Source: Planctomycetota bacterium (GTDB lineage Bacteria; Planctomycetota; UBA8108; SXIK01). From it: a stretch of 64,000 bases of DNA. The notes beneath the pieces were generated by a model that worked only from the letters and a program-made list of their open reading frames with translations, had not been told where the DNA came from and ran no database searches. The DNA lies in assembly GCA_965223845.1 (NCBI GenBank), contig CBDCXR010000004.1:7200001-7264000 (forward strand), read 5' to 3'. Shown piece by piece: positions 8,567 through 17,344 of the stretch (the stretch's first letter is position 1; every line of letters starts with the position of its first letter). A program made the translations under genes and the position numbers.

Positions 8567-9673
8567 ATGAGTGAGCGCAAACCGAACGAGCCGCCGATCG
8601 AACCCCGCGGCCGACGCACGCCCGTCGTCGCCGTCGCCGCGGGCGGGAGCACCCGTCGTGAGGAGCGAGTCCTTCCCGCGCTGTCGCCGGGGGAGATCTT
8701 GCTTCGTCTTCGCGGTTGCGGACTTTGCGGTACCGATCTCTTCAAGCTCGACCACCAGAGCGCGCCGGACGGGGCCGTGCTCGGGCACGAGGTCGTCGGG
8801 GACGTCGTCGAGACGCGCGCTCCGGAGCGCTTCGCGATCGGCGACCGCGTCGTCGTGCCGCATCACGTTCCGTGCGGGGAGTGTGCTCTCTGCCGGCGAG
8901 GCAGTGAGACGATGTGCGACGTGTTTCGCGAGAACTTGCTCTCGCCGGGCGGGTTCAGCGAGTTTCTCGTCGTCGGGGAGCGTGCGGTTCGTCTCGCCGC
9001 GCAGCTCGTACCGGAGGAGATCTCGGACGACGCCGCGGTGTTTCTCGAACCCGCCGCGTGTGTTCTTCGAGGAATCGAGCGCTCGGCGCTCGCGGCTGTT
9101 CCCGAGGAGATCGAGCCCTCGGGCTGCGCCGTCGTCATCGGCGGCGGGAGCATGGGGCTTCTTCACCTACTCACGCTTCGCGCGTGGCGACCGTCGCTCC
9201 GTATCGTCCTCAGCGACCCGGTCGCCGAGCGCCGGCGTCTCGCGCTCGAGCTCGGCGCGGCGGCGGCGCCTCCTCCCGGCGAGGAGGCGGGGAGTGCGGT
9301 GGAAGCGCTGACGTCGGGACTCGGCGCCGATGCGGCGTTCGACACCGTCGGTGGGGCAGCGGTGCTCGACGGAGCTCTCGCTCTCCTCCGCGAAGGCGGG
9401 TCGGCCGTCCTCTTCGCGCACGCGCGCGATGGCGAGGCACCGTCATTCCATCTCAACTCGCTCTTCAAATCCGAGCGCCGCGTCCTAGGCACCTATTCAG
9501 GATCGCTCCGCGAACAACGGACGGTGTTCGAATGGATCGCCGCCGGCCGGCTCGATGCTTCGCCTCTCGTTACGCATCGCCTTCCTCTCGCGCGATTCGA
9601 CGAGGCGGTCGCTCTCGTTCGCCGGCGCGAAGCGCTCAAGATCCTTCTCGTCCCGGACTCGCGGTCAGCATGA
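8567..9673 (+). CDS. Zinc-dependent alcohol/polyol dehydrogenase (MDR family)
   Basis: Motifs CGLCGTD, GHE, structural-zinc CGECALC...C, EPAAC and GGGSMG. The start is inferred. Confidence 0.88.
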   Translation: MSERKPNEPPIEPRGRRTPVVAVAAGGSTRREERVLPALSPGEILLRLRGCGLCGTDLFKLDHQSAPDGAVLGHEVVGDVVETRAPERFAIGDRVVVPHHVPCGECALCRRGSETMCDVFRENLLSPGGFSEFLVVGERAVRLAAQLVPEEISDDAAVFLEPAACVLRGIERSALAAVPEEIEPSGCAVVIGGGSMGLLHLLTLRAWRPSLRIVLSDPVAERRRLALELGAAAAPPPGEEAGSAVEALTSGLGADAAFDTVGGAAVLDGALALLREGGSAVLFAHARDGEAPSFHLNSLFKSERRVLGTYSGSLREQRTVFEWIAAGRLDASPLVTHRLPLARFDEAVALVRRREALKILLVPDSRSA

Positions 9674-10792
9674 CGAAATCAAGGCGGGATCGAAGTTGAG
9701 CGCGTGTAGGTCGTCCGGGAGAAACTGACCGTCCCGGCGGATGACTTCGCCGTCGAAGCGGACTTCGCCGCCGCCGTAGTCCGCGCGCTGGATCGTGACG
9801 AGATCCCAGTGGATCTGTGAGCGGTTGCCGTTGTCCGCATCCTCGTACGCCTGTCCCGGCGTGAAGTGGAACGATCCGGCGATCTTCTCGTCGAAAAGGA
9901 TGTCCAGCATCGGATGGAGAATCTCCGGATTGAATCCGAGGGAAAACTCGCCGATGAACCTCCCCCCTTCGTCCATATCGAGGATTTGGTTCAAGCGCTC
10001 GGACTGGTTGGCGGATGCTTCGACGATGCGACCGGCGCGAAACTTGAGTCGGATGTTGTCGAAGACGACGCCCTGATAGAGGCTCCGCGTGTTGACGCTG
10101 AGCTCGCCCTCGACGGAGTCGCGTACGGGACTCGTGAACACTTCGCCGTCGGGTAGATTGTGCTCTCCGGCACAGCCGATCACGGGGATGTCCGCGATCG
10201 AGAATCGGAGATCCGTCCCCGGTCCGACGATGTGAACATCGCGGGCCGCGCGCATGCGATCTTCGAGCGGACGCATGGCTTCGGCCATCGCGGCGTAGTC
10301 GACGGTGCAAACGCGAAAGTAGAAGTCCTCGAAGGCCTCGGTGCTCATTTCGGCTTGCTGCGCCATCGACGGAGTCGGCCAGCGGAGAACGACCCACTTC
10401 GTCCGCGGGACGCGCACCTCGGTGTGAACTCGCTGGAGAACGTGCTTCGTGTAGAGCTCCATACGTTCGTGGGGAACGTCGGTGAACTCGGTCGAGTTGT
10501 GCGTTCCGCGCAGACCGACGTAAGCCTGAACACACTTCATCTGCGCGACCTCGACGTCGCCCCAGAGCTCCATCTGCTCTTCGGTCGCGTTTCGGCAGAG
10601 CTCGCGGAGAACGCGGTTTTGCTTGGTGAGGCACAAGGGGCGTCCGCCGGCGGAGGCGATGTGGCGGACGAGAAGAGCCGTAAACTCAGCGGGAATGTCG
10701 AAGCTCTCGATGAGCACCGTCTCACCCGGGGCGACGCGGCAAGAGTGATGGACGATGGTTTCCGCGAGTGTCTGCTGCCTGGAATCGGACAC
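9665..10792 (-). CDS. Aminopeptidase, M29 family (AmpS/aminopeptidase II-like)
   Basis: Motifs NLPDGEVFT, IGEFSLG, ILFDEKIAGSFHFTPG and NRSQIHWD. Confidence 0.9.
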   Translation of the reverse strand: MSDSRQQTLAETIVHHSCRVAPGETVLIESFDIPAEFTALLVRHIASAGGRPLCLTKQNRVLRELCRNATEEQMELWGDVEVAQMKCVQAYVGLRGTHNSTEFTDVPHERMELYTKHVLQRVHTEVRVPRTKWVVLRWPTPSMAQQAEMSTEAFEDFYFRVCTVDYAAMAEAMRPLEDRMRAARDVHIVGPGTDLRFSIADIPVIGCAGEHNLPDGEVFTSPVRDSVEGELSVNTRSLYQGVVFDNIRLKFRAGRIVEASANQSERLNQILDMDEGGRFIGEFSLGFNPEILHPMLDILFDEKIAGSFHFTPGQAYEDADNGNRSQIHWDLVTIQRADYGGGEVRFDGEVIRRDGQFLPDDLHALNFDPALISSC

Positions 10793-10934
10793 GGCCGTCT
10801 CCTCTCTAGTGGTGGTTCCGCGTGCGCTAGCTGCCCGGAGTCGGCTCGGATTCTACTCCGGCGGGGTCCGTTCCGCGCCTAGCGAAAGGATGGACGCAGA
10901 CATCGCTCGACGTGGAGGCCGGAGCGGACCCCGA

Positions 10935-12110
10935 TCAAGTCGCCGCGACGGTCGACCTCTGCGTTTCGTTCGGAGGGTCCTCCGAGAGGCAAGCGGAAAT
11001 GAGGGCTTCGACCTCCGGTTTCCCGTGCATGTCTTCGGGCAGCAGTCGAAACTGGCTCAAAGCGTCGTCGAATCGCCCGAGCTTCAAGTAGCACTCGCCG
11101 AGGCGAAAGCGTGCCATCGCGAATCCCGGGGCGATCGCGAGACAGGATCGAAGGTGAGTGACCGCTTCGTTGAGGCGATCCGTTCGCACGCATTGCGACG
11201 CGAGGTCGTAGCGGAGATCAGGAAATCCGGGACGGAGCTGGATCGCGCGCAAGAGGTGGTGTTCGGCGCGCATCGCGTCGTCGTTCGCGCTGTAGAAGTG
11301 CGCGAGCTGCTCGTGAGCACGGGCGTAGTCGGGGTTGCACTGAATCGCCTTCACGAGCCAACGCTCGGCACGGTGATGGTGACCGTTCAGAAACTCCATC
11401 CAGCCGCGCAGGGTGGCGTACGGGGCGTACTGCGGATCGGTCGCGAGCAGCTTGTCGATCTCCGCCACCGCTTCGCGCGTCTGTCCGCGCGTGTAGAGCC
11501 AGCGTGCGGCCTCGCGGTGAATCTCGGCGAAGCCGGGGAGCGACGGGAGGCGATCGATCTCGTTCGCGAGGAGCTCGATCGAGGGCAACCCGTCCTTCTC
11601 GACGCCGAGGCGACGATAAGAGTCGACGCAGCCGCCGTTCCCGCGCGCGGCACGAAGAAGCCACCGCTGAGCGTCGCGCTGCCGCCCGCTCGAATGGAGA
11701 ATGTAGGCGCCCCAATGGAGCGGGCGCGGATCGTCGGGGCCGAGCGCTCGCGCGTGCTCGAGAGCGTCCCACGCCTCGGTGGCGTGGCCGTGCAGGTAGC
11801 AAAGCCGCGCCATGTCGACGAATCGTCCGACCGGCCGTTCCGAGAGCTTGGCCACACTCGAAATTAAGTCGAGCGCCCCGGCGAAATCGTCGACCGCGAG
11901 CGCGAACGCGAGGTTCACGCGGGCATCCTCGTAGCGACCGTTCCGCGAGAGCGCGGCGAGGAAGTCCTTTTTGGCGCCGTCGACCTGTCCGAGGTGAAGT
12001 CGCAGGACACCCCGACGGTTCAGGAGATCGGGGTAGGTCGGAGTCGAAGCGAGAAGAGATTCGACTTCCTTCAGATAAGATGAATAGAGGTCCTCGTCGG
12101 GCTGCGTCAT
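10935..12110 (-). CDS. Tetratricopeptide repeat protein
   Basis: Repeated helical units of about 34 aa (PTYPDLLNRRG, NPDYARAHEQLA, PGFPDLRYDLA, PGFAMARFRLG). Start inferred at ATG12110. Confidence 0.8.
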   Translation of the reverse strand: MTQPDEDLYSSYLKEVESLLASTPTYPDLLNRRGVLRLHLGQVDGAKKDFLAALSRNGRYEDARVNLAFALAVDDFAGALDLISSVAKLSERPVGRFVDMARLCYLHGHATEAWDALEHARALGPDDPRPLHWGAYILHSSGRQRDAQRWLLRAARGNGGCVDSYRRLGVEKDGLPSIELLANEIDRLPSLPGFAEIHREAARWLYTRGQTREAVAEIDKLLATDPQYAPYATLRGWMEFLNGHHHRAERWLVKAIQCNPDYARAHEQLAHFYSANDDAMRAEHHLLRAIQLRPGFPDLRYDLASQCVRTDRLNEAVTHLRSCLAIAPGFAMARFRLGECYLKLGRFDDALSQFRLLPEDMHGKPEVEALISACLSEDPPNETQRSTVAAT

Positions 12111-12365
12111 CGAGCTGGGGTGCGGGTCGGCTGGACGGATCGGAAGATCCGCGAGCATCCGGGTCAATCGGAAACGGCGAGGGCCCATCGTCCGAACGGT
12201 GGACCTGAATCTCCTGTCGTCATCGACCGAGGAGTGCGAAAAGATGAAGGACCGGAGATCTTCGGATGTCGTCTCGACGACGAGAGACGATCTGGTTCCG
12301 ATAGCGTGCGATCGGCGTCGCGCCGCGCTCGATCGGAAATCTCAAGACCCCTGCGGAGTTCACGA

Positions 12366-13652
12366 ATGAAGATCAGTGCGATTTCTGCGTCGTTCCTGTT
12401 CGTTTCGACGGTCGCGGCACCGCTTCTCGCGACGAATCCGGTGTTCATTCCGATGAAGGTCGACGGGCCGACACACGCGCCGGAGAAGAACTCTTGGTGG
12501 TACGGACCGTTCAGCGAAGCGTCGGCCGTCTTCGATGTCGACGGCGACGGCGATCTCGACATCACCGCGGGAAACCACTGGTACGAGAACGCCGGCGCTG
12601 AGCGCGCGGGTGGGAAGCTGATGGTGCCGAAGTGGCGGAAGCACTCCGGGCACCGTCCCCACGCGTCCGTTCACGGGGAATTCGTCAACAACTGTGGCGA
12701 GTATCCGCTCGACGTCAATCGTGACGGTAAGCTCGATCTCGTCAGTGCCGGCTGGATGAAGGACGGCGTCTGGTGGTACGAGAATCCGGGCGGAAAAGCC
12801 GGCGAGTGGCGCGCGACGAAGATCATCTCGTCGCAGCAGACCGAAGGCCTCGTCGTCGAGGACATCGATGGCGACGGCGATGCCGATGTCCTCGTCAACC
12901 ACTGGGGGCCGCGGGAGGGGCAAGGCGTCACGTGGCTCGAATTGCAAGACGACGCGGAGTTTGCCGTTCACGTCCTCGGCACCGAGGGCGATCACCACGG
13001 CATCGGCCTCGGAGACCTCGACGGTGACGGCCGGAAGGACGTGATCACTCCGAATGGTTGGTATCGAGCACCGGAGAACGTGCGCGAGGAGAAGTGGGAA
13101 TTCCGCAAGGACTACGGTCCGCTCGGCGAGCTCGGCATCCGGATGCTCGTCGTCGACGTCAACGAGGACGGATTGAACGACATCGTCTACGGACGCGGAC
13201 ACGACTACGGTCTCTACTGGCTCGTCCAGACGAAGACCGAGGGGGACGCCGAGGGACTCTCGTTCTCGCGGCCGGAGCTCATCCGGCTCGACCCGGGACA
13301 GTTTCACACTCTCGTGCTTGCCGACGTCAATCAGGACGGGCGCGACGACCTCGTCACGGGAAAGCGTCTCCGCGGGCATGCCGGCAATGATCCGAGCAGC
13401 TTCGATCCCCTCGGAGTGTTTTGGTACGAGATCAAGGACGGAAAGTTCATCGAGCATGTCCTCTCGTACAACCATCTTCCGTTTTACGCGGGGCGGTGGG
13501 AGTTCAATCCGCCGCCGCTCGGAGCGATCGGCACGGGGATGAACATCAACGTCGCCGACCTGAACGGTGACGGCAAGGTCGAGATCGTGATGTCCGGCAA
13601 GACCGGGCTCTACGTGTTTCTCAACCGCGGCGTGCCGCCTACGTCTAAGTAG
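12366..13652 (+). CDS. Secreted FG-GAP/VCBS repeat protein
   Basis: Signal peptide and about seven DxDGDGxxD calcium-binding repeats (DVDGDGDLD, DVNRDGKLD, DLDGDGRKD, DLNGDGKVE). Confidence 0.85.
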   Translation: MKISAISASFLFVSTVAAPLLATNPVFIPMKVDGPTHAPEKNSWWYGPFSEASAVFDVDGDGDLDITAGNHWYENAGAERAGGKLMVPKWRKHSGHRPHASVHGEFVNNCGEYPLDVNRDGKLDLVSAGWMKDGVWWYENPGGKAGEWRATKIISSQQTEGLVVEDIDGDGDADVLVNHWGPREGQGVTWLELQDDAEFAVHVLGTEGDHHGIGLGDLDGDGRKDVITPNGWYRAPENVREEKWEFRKDYGPLGELGIRMLVVDVNEDGLNDIVYGRGHDYGLYWLVQTKTEGDAEGLSFSRPELIRLDPGQFHTLVLADVNQDGRDDLVTGKRLRGHAGNDPSSFDPLGVFWYEIKDGKFIEHVLSYNHLPFYAGRWEFNPPPLGAIGTGMNINVADLNGDGKVEIVMSGKTGLYVFLNRGVPPTSK

Positions 13653-13664
13653 TCGACGAGTCGC

Positions 13665-14675
13665 TCAAGCTTCCCCGGACTCGATCGGGGATTTCGCCGC
13701 CTCGCCCGGTACCTCACGCACGTAACGGGGGACGGCGTAGCCGGGGAGACGGCGCCGAAGCGCGGCGATGAGCTCGCGACCGCGAGCCTCCGCTACTTCG
13801 AAATGCGCCGCGCCCTCGACGCGATCGAGTTGGTGGAGGTAATAGGGAATCACGCCGAGCTCGACGCAGCGTTCGCAGAGTTCCGCGAGCGCAGTTTCGT
13901 CGTCGTTCACTCCGCGAAGGAGAACCGCTTGGTTGAAGAGCGGCGTTCGGGTCGAGGCGAGTCGGGAGAGTGCCTCCGCGCAGGGCCCGCGTAGCTCCGA
14001 GGCATGGTTTGCGTGAACGACCACGATCGATGCGAGCGCGGTGTCGCGGAGAATCTCCCTGAGCTCTTCCGTGACGCGCTCGGGCAGGACGATCGGCAGG
14101 CGCGTGTGGATGCGGAGCCGGCGCAGGTGCGGAATCGCCTCGAGCTCCGCGACGAGGTCGCGGAGAACATCGTCGTCGAGAACGAGCGGGTCTCCACCAC
14201 TCAGAATGACCTCGCGGAGCGAGCGATCTTCTCGGATCGCCGCGATCGCGCTCGTCCAATTCGAGGATCCGAGCGGTGCGCTGTCGTAGGGAAAATGGCG
14301 GCGAAAGCAGTAGCGGCAGTGCACCGCGCACGCCCCGGTTACGATGAGAAGTGCGCGCCCCGGGTACTTCTGAAGGAGTCCTCGTGCGCGCGTCGCGTCC
14401 CGCTCGTCGAGTGGATCGCGCGTGTATCCGTCGACCGGAACGGCTTCGGCGTCGAGCGGCAGCACTTGGCGGAGGAGCGGATCCGCCGGATCACCGCGCT
14501 TCATCCGTTCGACGAATTCGCGGGGGACGACGAGCGGGAAGAGTCGAGCCGATCGCGTTGCGCCCGCGAGCAAGTCCACCGGTAGATCGAGCGCGGCGAG
14601 AAGCTCCGCCGGATCGCGGATGGCGTCCGCGAGCGCGTGCTTCCAGGAGAGAGTCGGAGCGGACTCGCGGGCCAT
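13665..14675 (-). CDS. epmB: EF-P beta-lysylation protein EpmB (lysine 2,3-aminomutase-like radical SAM)
   Basis: Motifs DPLLRQVLP, CAVHCRYCFRRHFPY, ILSGGDPL, RIHTRLP and PYYLHQLD. Divergent from efp. Confidence 0.92.
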   Translation of the reverse strand: MARESAPTLSWKHALADAIRDPAELLAALDLPVDLLAGATRSARLFPLVVPREFVERMKRGDPADPLLRQVLPLDAEAVPVDGYTRDPLDERDATRARGLLQKYPGRALLIVTGACAVHCRYCFRRHFPYDSAPLGSSNWTSAIAAIREDRSLREVILSGGDPLVLDDDVLRDLVAELEAIPHLRRLRIHTRLPIVLPERVTEELREILRDTALASIVVVHANHASELRGPCAEALSRLASTRTPLFNQAVLLRGVNDDETALAELCERCVELGVIPYYLHQLDRVEGAAHFEVAEARGRELIAALRRRLPGYAVPRYVREVPGEAAKSPIESGEA

Positions 14676-14718
14676 CGAGGGAGTGAGGAAAACCCTGGGA
14701 GAATGTCGAGAAACCGGT

Positions 14719-14727
14719 ATCATAGCA
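14719..14727 (-). promoter_or_regulatory. Putative extended -10 promoter for epmB (TGcTATGAT)
   Basis: The reverse complement reads TGCTATGAT about 43 nt upstream of ATG14675. An identical 9-mer occurs at 24953-24961. Confidence 0.45.
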
Positions 14728-14796
14728 GCCTTTGCAATCACGGTCAGCACCGTAGCCGGAGCGACTCTCGAGACTCGCGCAGCGGACGACAGAACC

Positions 14797-15366
14797 ATGG
14801 CGAACACCTACAACACGAGCGACTTTCGTAAGGGCCTCAAGGTTCTGATCGACGGCGAGCCCTACCTCATCGTCGAGAACGAGTTCCGCAAGCCCGGGAA
14901 GGGGCAGGCGGTGTACACCCTCCGAATGAAGAACCTTCTTCGCGGAAATGTTCTCGAGAAGGCGTACCGCAGCGGTGACAAGGTCGAGGCGGCCGACGTC
15001 TCCGAATCGAATCTTCAGTACCTCTACAACGACTCGAAGAACTGGGTGTTCATGGACCCGGAGTCGTTTGAGCAGTACGAGGTCGCGAAGGAAAACCTCA
15101 ACGACGCGGACAAGTGGCTCAAAGAAGAGGCGAAGGTTCAGGTCGTCTTTTGGAACGGACAGCCGATCACCGTGACGCCCCCGAATCACGTCGTTCTCGA
15201 GATTACCTACTGCGAGCCCGGCGCGAAGGGCAACACCGCGACGAACGTGCTCAAGCCGGCGACTCTCGAAACGGGAGCGGTCGTCGAGGTGCCGCTCTTC
15301 ATCAACATGGGGGACAAGGTGAGAGTGGACACGCGGACCGGTGAGTACATCGAGCGGACGAAGTAG
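14797..15366 (+). CDS. efp: Elongation factor P
   Basis: KPGKGQA loop, LQYLY, KPATLETGA and VPLFI..GD..RVDTRTGEY. Confidence 0.97.
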   Translation: MANTYNTSDFRKGLKVLIDGEPYLIVENEFRKPGKGQAVYTLRMKNLLRGNVLEKAYRSGDKVEAADVSESNLQYLYNDSKNWVFMDPESFEQYEVAKENLNDADKWLKEEAKVQVVFWNGQPITVTPPNHVVLEITYCEPGAKGNTATNVLKPATLETGAVVEVPLFINMGDKVRVDTRTGEYIERTK

Positions 15367-16360
15367 CGGGTCGGCATCCGGTCCTTCGTCTCATCGTCCG
15401 TCCGCGGCGCTCGAAACGCTGCGCATCCGGGCGCAGATCCTCGCGGCGCTGCGCCGGTTCTTCGCGGAGAGGGGAGTTCTCGAGGTCGACACTCCGCTTC
15501 TTTGCGCTGCGGGCGCGGTCGATGCGCACGTGGAGCCGACGGCCGTCGTCGATCCTGCGACGGGCGAACGTCGGTTCCTCGTCACGTCCCCGGAGCTCTG
15601 CCTCAAGCGACTCCTCGCCTCGGGGAGCGGGCCGATCTACGAAATCTCGCGCGCGTTCCGAGACGGCGAGCGCGGCGCGCTCCATCACCCCGAGTTCGTG
15701 CTTGTCGAGTGGTATCGTCCAGGGTTCGAGCTCGACGACTTGATGGACGAAGTGGAAGCGCTCGTTCGCGCTGCGTTCACCGTCACGGGGAGCGAGCTCG
15801 GCTCGAATCCCTGGCGCCGGGCGACCTATCGCGAGCTCTTTGTAGAGGTCGTCGGTGTAGATCCGATCGCGTCGAGCACCGCGAAGCTCCGCGAGGTCGC
15901 GCAGCGAGGCGACGTCGAGCCGCCGGCTCGCCTCGACACCGACGATCGCGACGGCTGGCTGAACTTCATTCTCGCCGCGCAGATCGAGCCGACGTTCGGC
16001 CCGGAGCCCTTGTTCCTCTCGGAGTATCCCGCCTCGCAGGCTGCCCTCGCGCGCCTCAAGCCGGCAGATTCGAGCGTCGCGGAGCGATTCGAGCTCTACG
16101 CGGGCGGCGTCGAGCTCGCAAACGGTTACCGTGAGCTCCGCGACCCGGTCGAGCAGCGAGAGCGTTTCGAGCGCGCCAACCGCGAACGAGTGAAGCTCGG
16201 GAAGTCGGCGCTGCCCATCGACGAGCGACTCCTTGCGGCGCTCGGAGATGGGTTCCCGGAGGCGAGCGGAGTCGCGCTCGGATTCGACCGGCTCGTGATG
16301 CTTGCAGTCGGTGGTGAGTGCCTCGACGATGTCGTCGCGTTTCCGCGCGAGCTCGCCTAG
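15341..16360 (+). CDS. epmA: EF-P lysine aminoacylase EpmA (GenX/PoxA)
   Basis: Catalytic-domain-only LysRS paralogue with RRFFAERGVLEVDTP, TSPE, AFRDGERG..HHPEF, ERFE, ELANGY and GVALGFDRL. Confidence 0.93.
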   Translation: MSTSSGRSSGSASGPSSHRPSAALETLRIRAQILAALRRFFAERGVLEVDTPLLCAAGAVDAHVEPTAVVDPATGERRFLVTSPELCLKRLLASGSGPIYEISRAFRDGERGALHHPEFVLVEWYRPGFELDDLMDEVEALVRAAFTVTGSELGSNPWRRATYRELFVEVVGVDPIASSTAKLREVAQRGDVEPPARLDTDDRDGWLNFILAAQIEPTFGPEPLFLSEYPASQAALARLKPADSSVAERFELYAGGVELANGYRELRDPVEQRERFERANRERVKLGKSALPIDERLLAALGDGFPEASGVALGFDRLVMLAVGGECLDDVVAFPRELA

Positions 16361-16485
16361 CGTCGAGCGCCGACATCTCGTCACGGCAAAAGAAACGTGG
16401 ACCGTGACGATCGACTACGATGGACCCGCGCCGTCGAACGATGTCCGTTCGCGACGGGGCACGACTGTAGAAGGAGAGACCGCCG

Positions 16486-17328
16486 ATGAGAGAGTTCGAC
16501 GGGCGCGTCGCAGTAGTGACCGGCGGAGCGAGCGGAATCGGCCGCGCGCTCTGCGAGCGATTTCTCCGTGCCGGAATGCGCGTCGTCGTCGCCGACGTCG
16601 AGGAGGCTGCGCTCGCGGCTGCGGAAAAGGAGCTTTCCTCCGGGGGCGGCGACGTGCTCGCCGTTCGCACCGACGTGTCCAAGGCGGCCGATGTCGAAGC
16701 TCTAGCGAGTGCCGCCTACTCGCGGTTCGGGTCCGTCCACGTACTCTGCAACAACGCGGGGGTCGGGTTCGGGCGCTCTCTCCTCGAGACGACTCCCGGC
16801 GACTGGCAGTGGGTGCTCGGAGTCAATCTCTGGGGCGTCGTGCACGGTGTTCGCGCCTTCGTGCCGAGGATGAAGGAGGCGGGAGTGGAAGGGCACGTCG
16901 TGAACACCGCGTCGATTTGCGGTCTCATCTCTCTTCCGGGAGCCGGCGTGTATACGGTGTCGAAGTACGGCGTCGTCGCGATCAGCGAAACTCTCGCCGT
17001 CGAGCTCGCCGCGGAGAAGAGTCCGATCGGAGTCTCCGTGCTCTGCCCCGCCGCCGTCGCGACGAACATCACGAGCAGCGAACGAAACCGTCCGCGCGAG
17101 CTCGACGACGCTCCGGCGCCGACGGCGGAAGACGAGGCGCGCAGCGAAGAGATCCGCGCGGCGATCGCGGCAGGCATGAATCCGCGTGATACCGCCGAGC
17201 GCGTCTTCGGCGCTATCGAAAGCGGAGAGTTCTACATCCTGACGCATCCGGAGGCGAATACTGCGATCGAGGCGCGCTTCCGCGCGGTTCTCGAGGGAAA
17301 GGCGCCGGCCGTACCCGAGTGGGAGTGA
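16486..17328 (+). CDS. Short-chain dehydrogenase/reductase
   Basis: Motifs TGGASGIG, NNAG and catalytic YTVSK. AGGAG RBS. Confidence 0.9.
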   Translation: MREFDGRVAVVTGGASGIGRALCERFLRAGMRVVVADVEEAALAAAEKELSSGGGDVLAVRTDVSKAADVEALASAAYSRFGSVHVLCNNAGVGFGRSLLETTPGDWQWVLGVNLWGVVHGVRAFVPRMKEAGVEGHVVNTASICGLISLPGAGVYTVSKYGVVAISETLAVELAAEKSPIGVSVLCPAAVATNITSSERNRPRELDDAPAPTAEDEARSEEIRAAIAAGMNPRDTAERVFGAIESGEFYILTHPEANTAIEARFRAVLEGKAPAVPEWE

Positions 17329-17344
17329 AGTCGGTGATTCGGCC

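Noticed and set aside
13665-14675. KamA of lysine fermentation, or a RiPP radical SAM enzyme
   Set aside because: Its short length and position beside efp and epmA identify it as EpmB, and no precursor peptide is seen.
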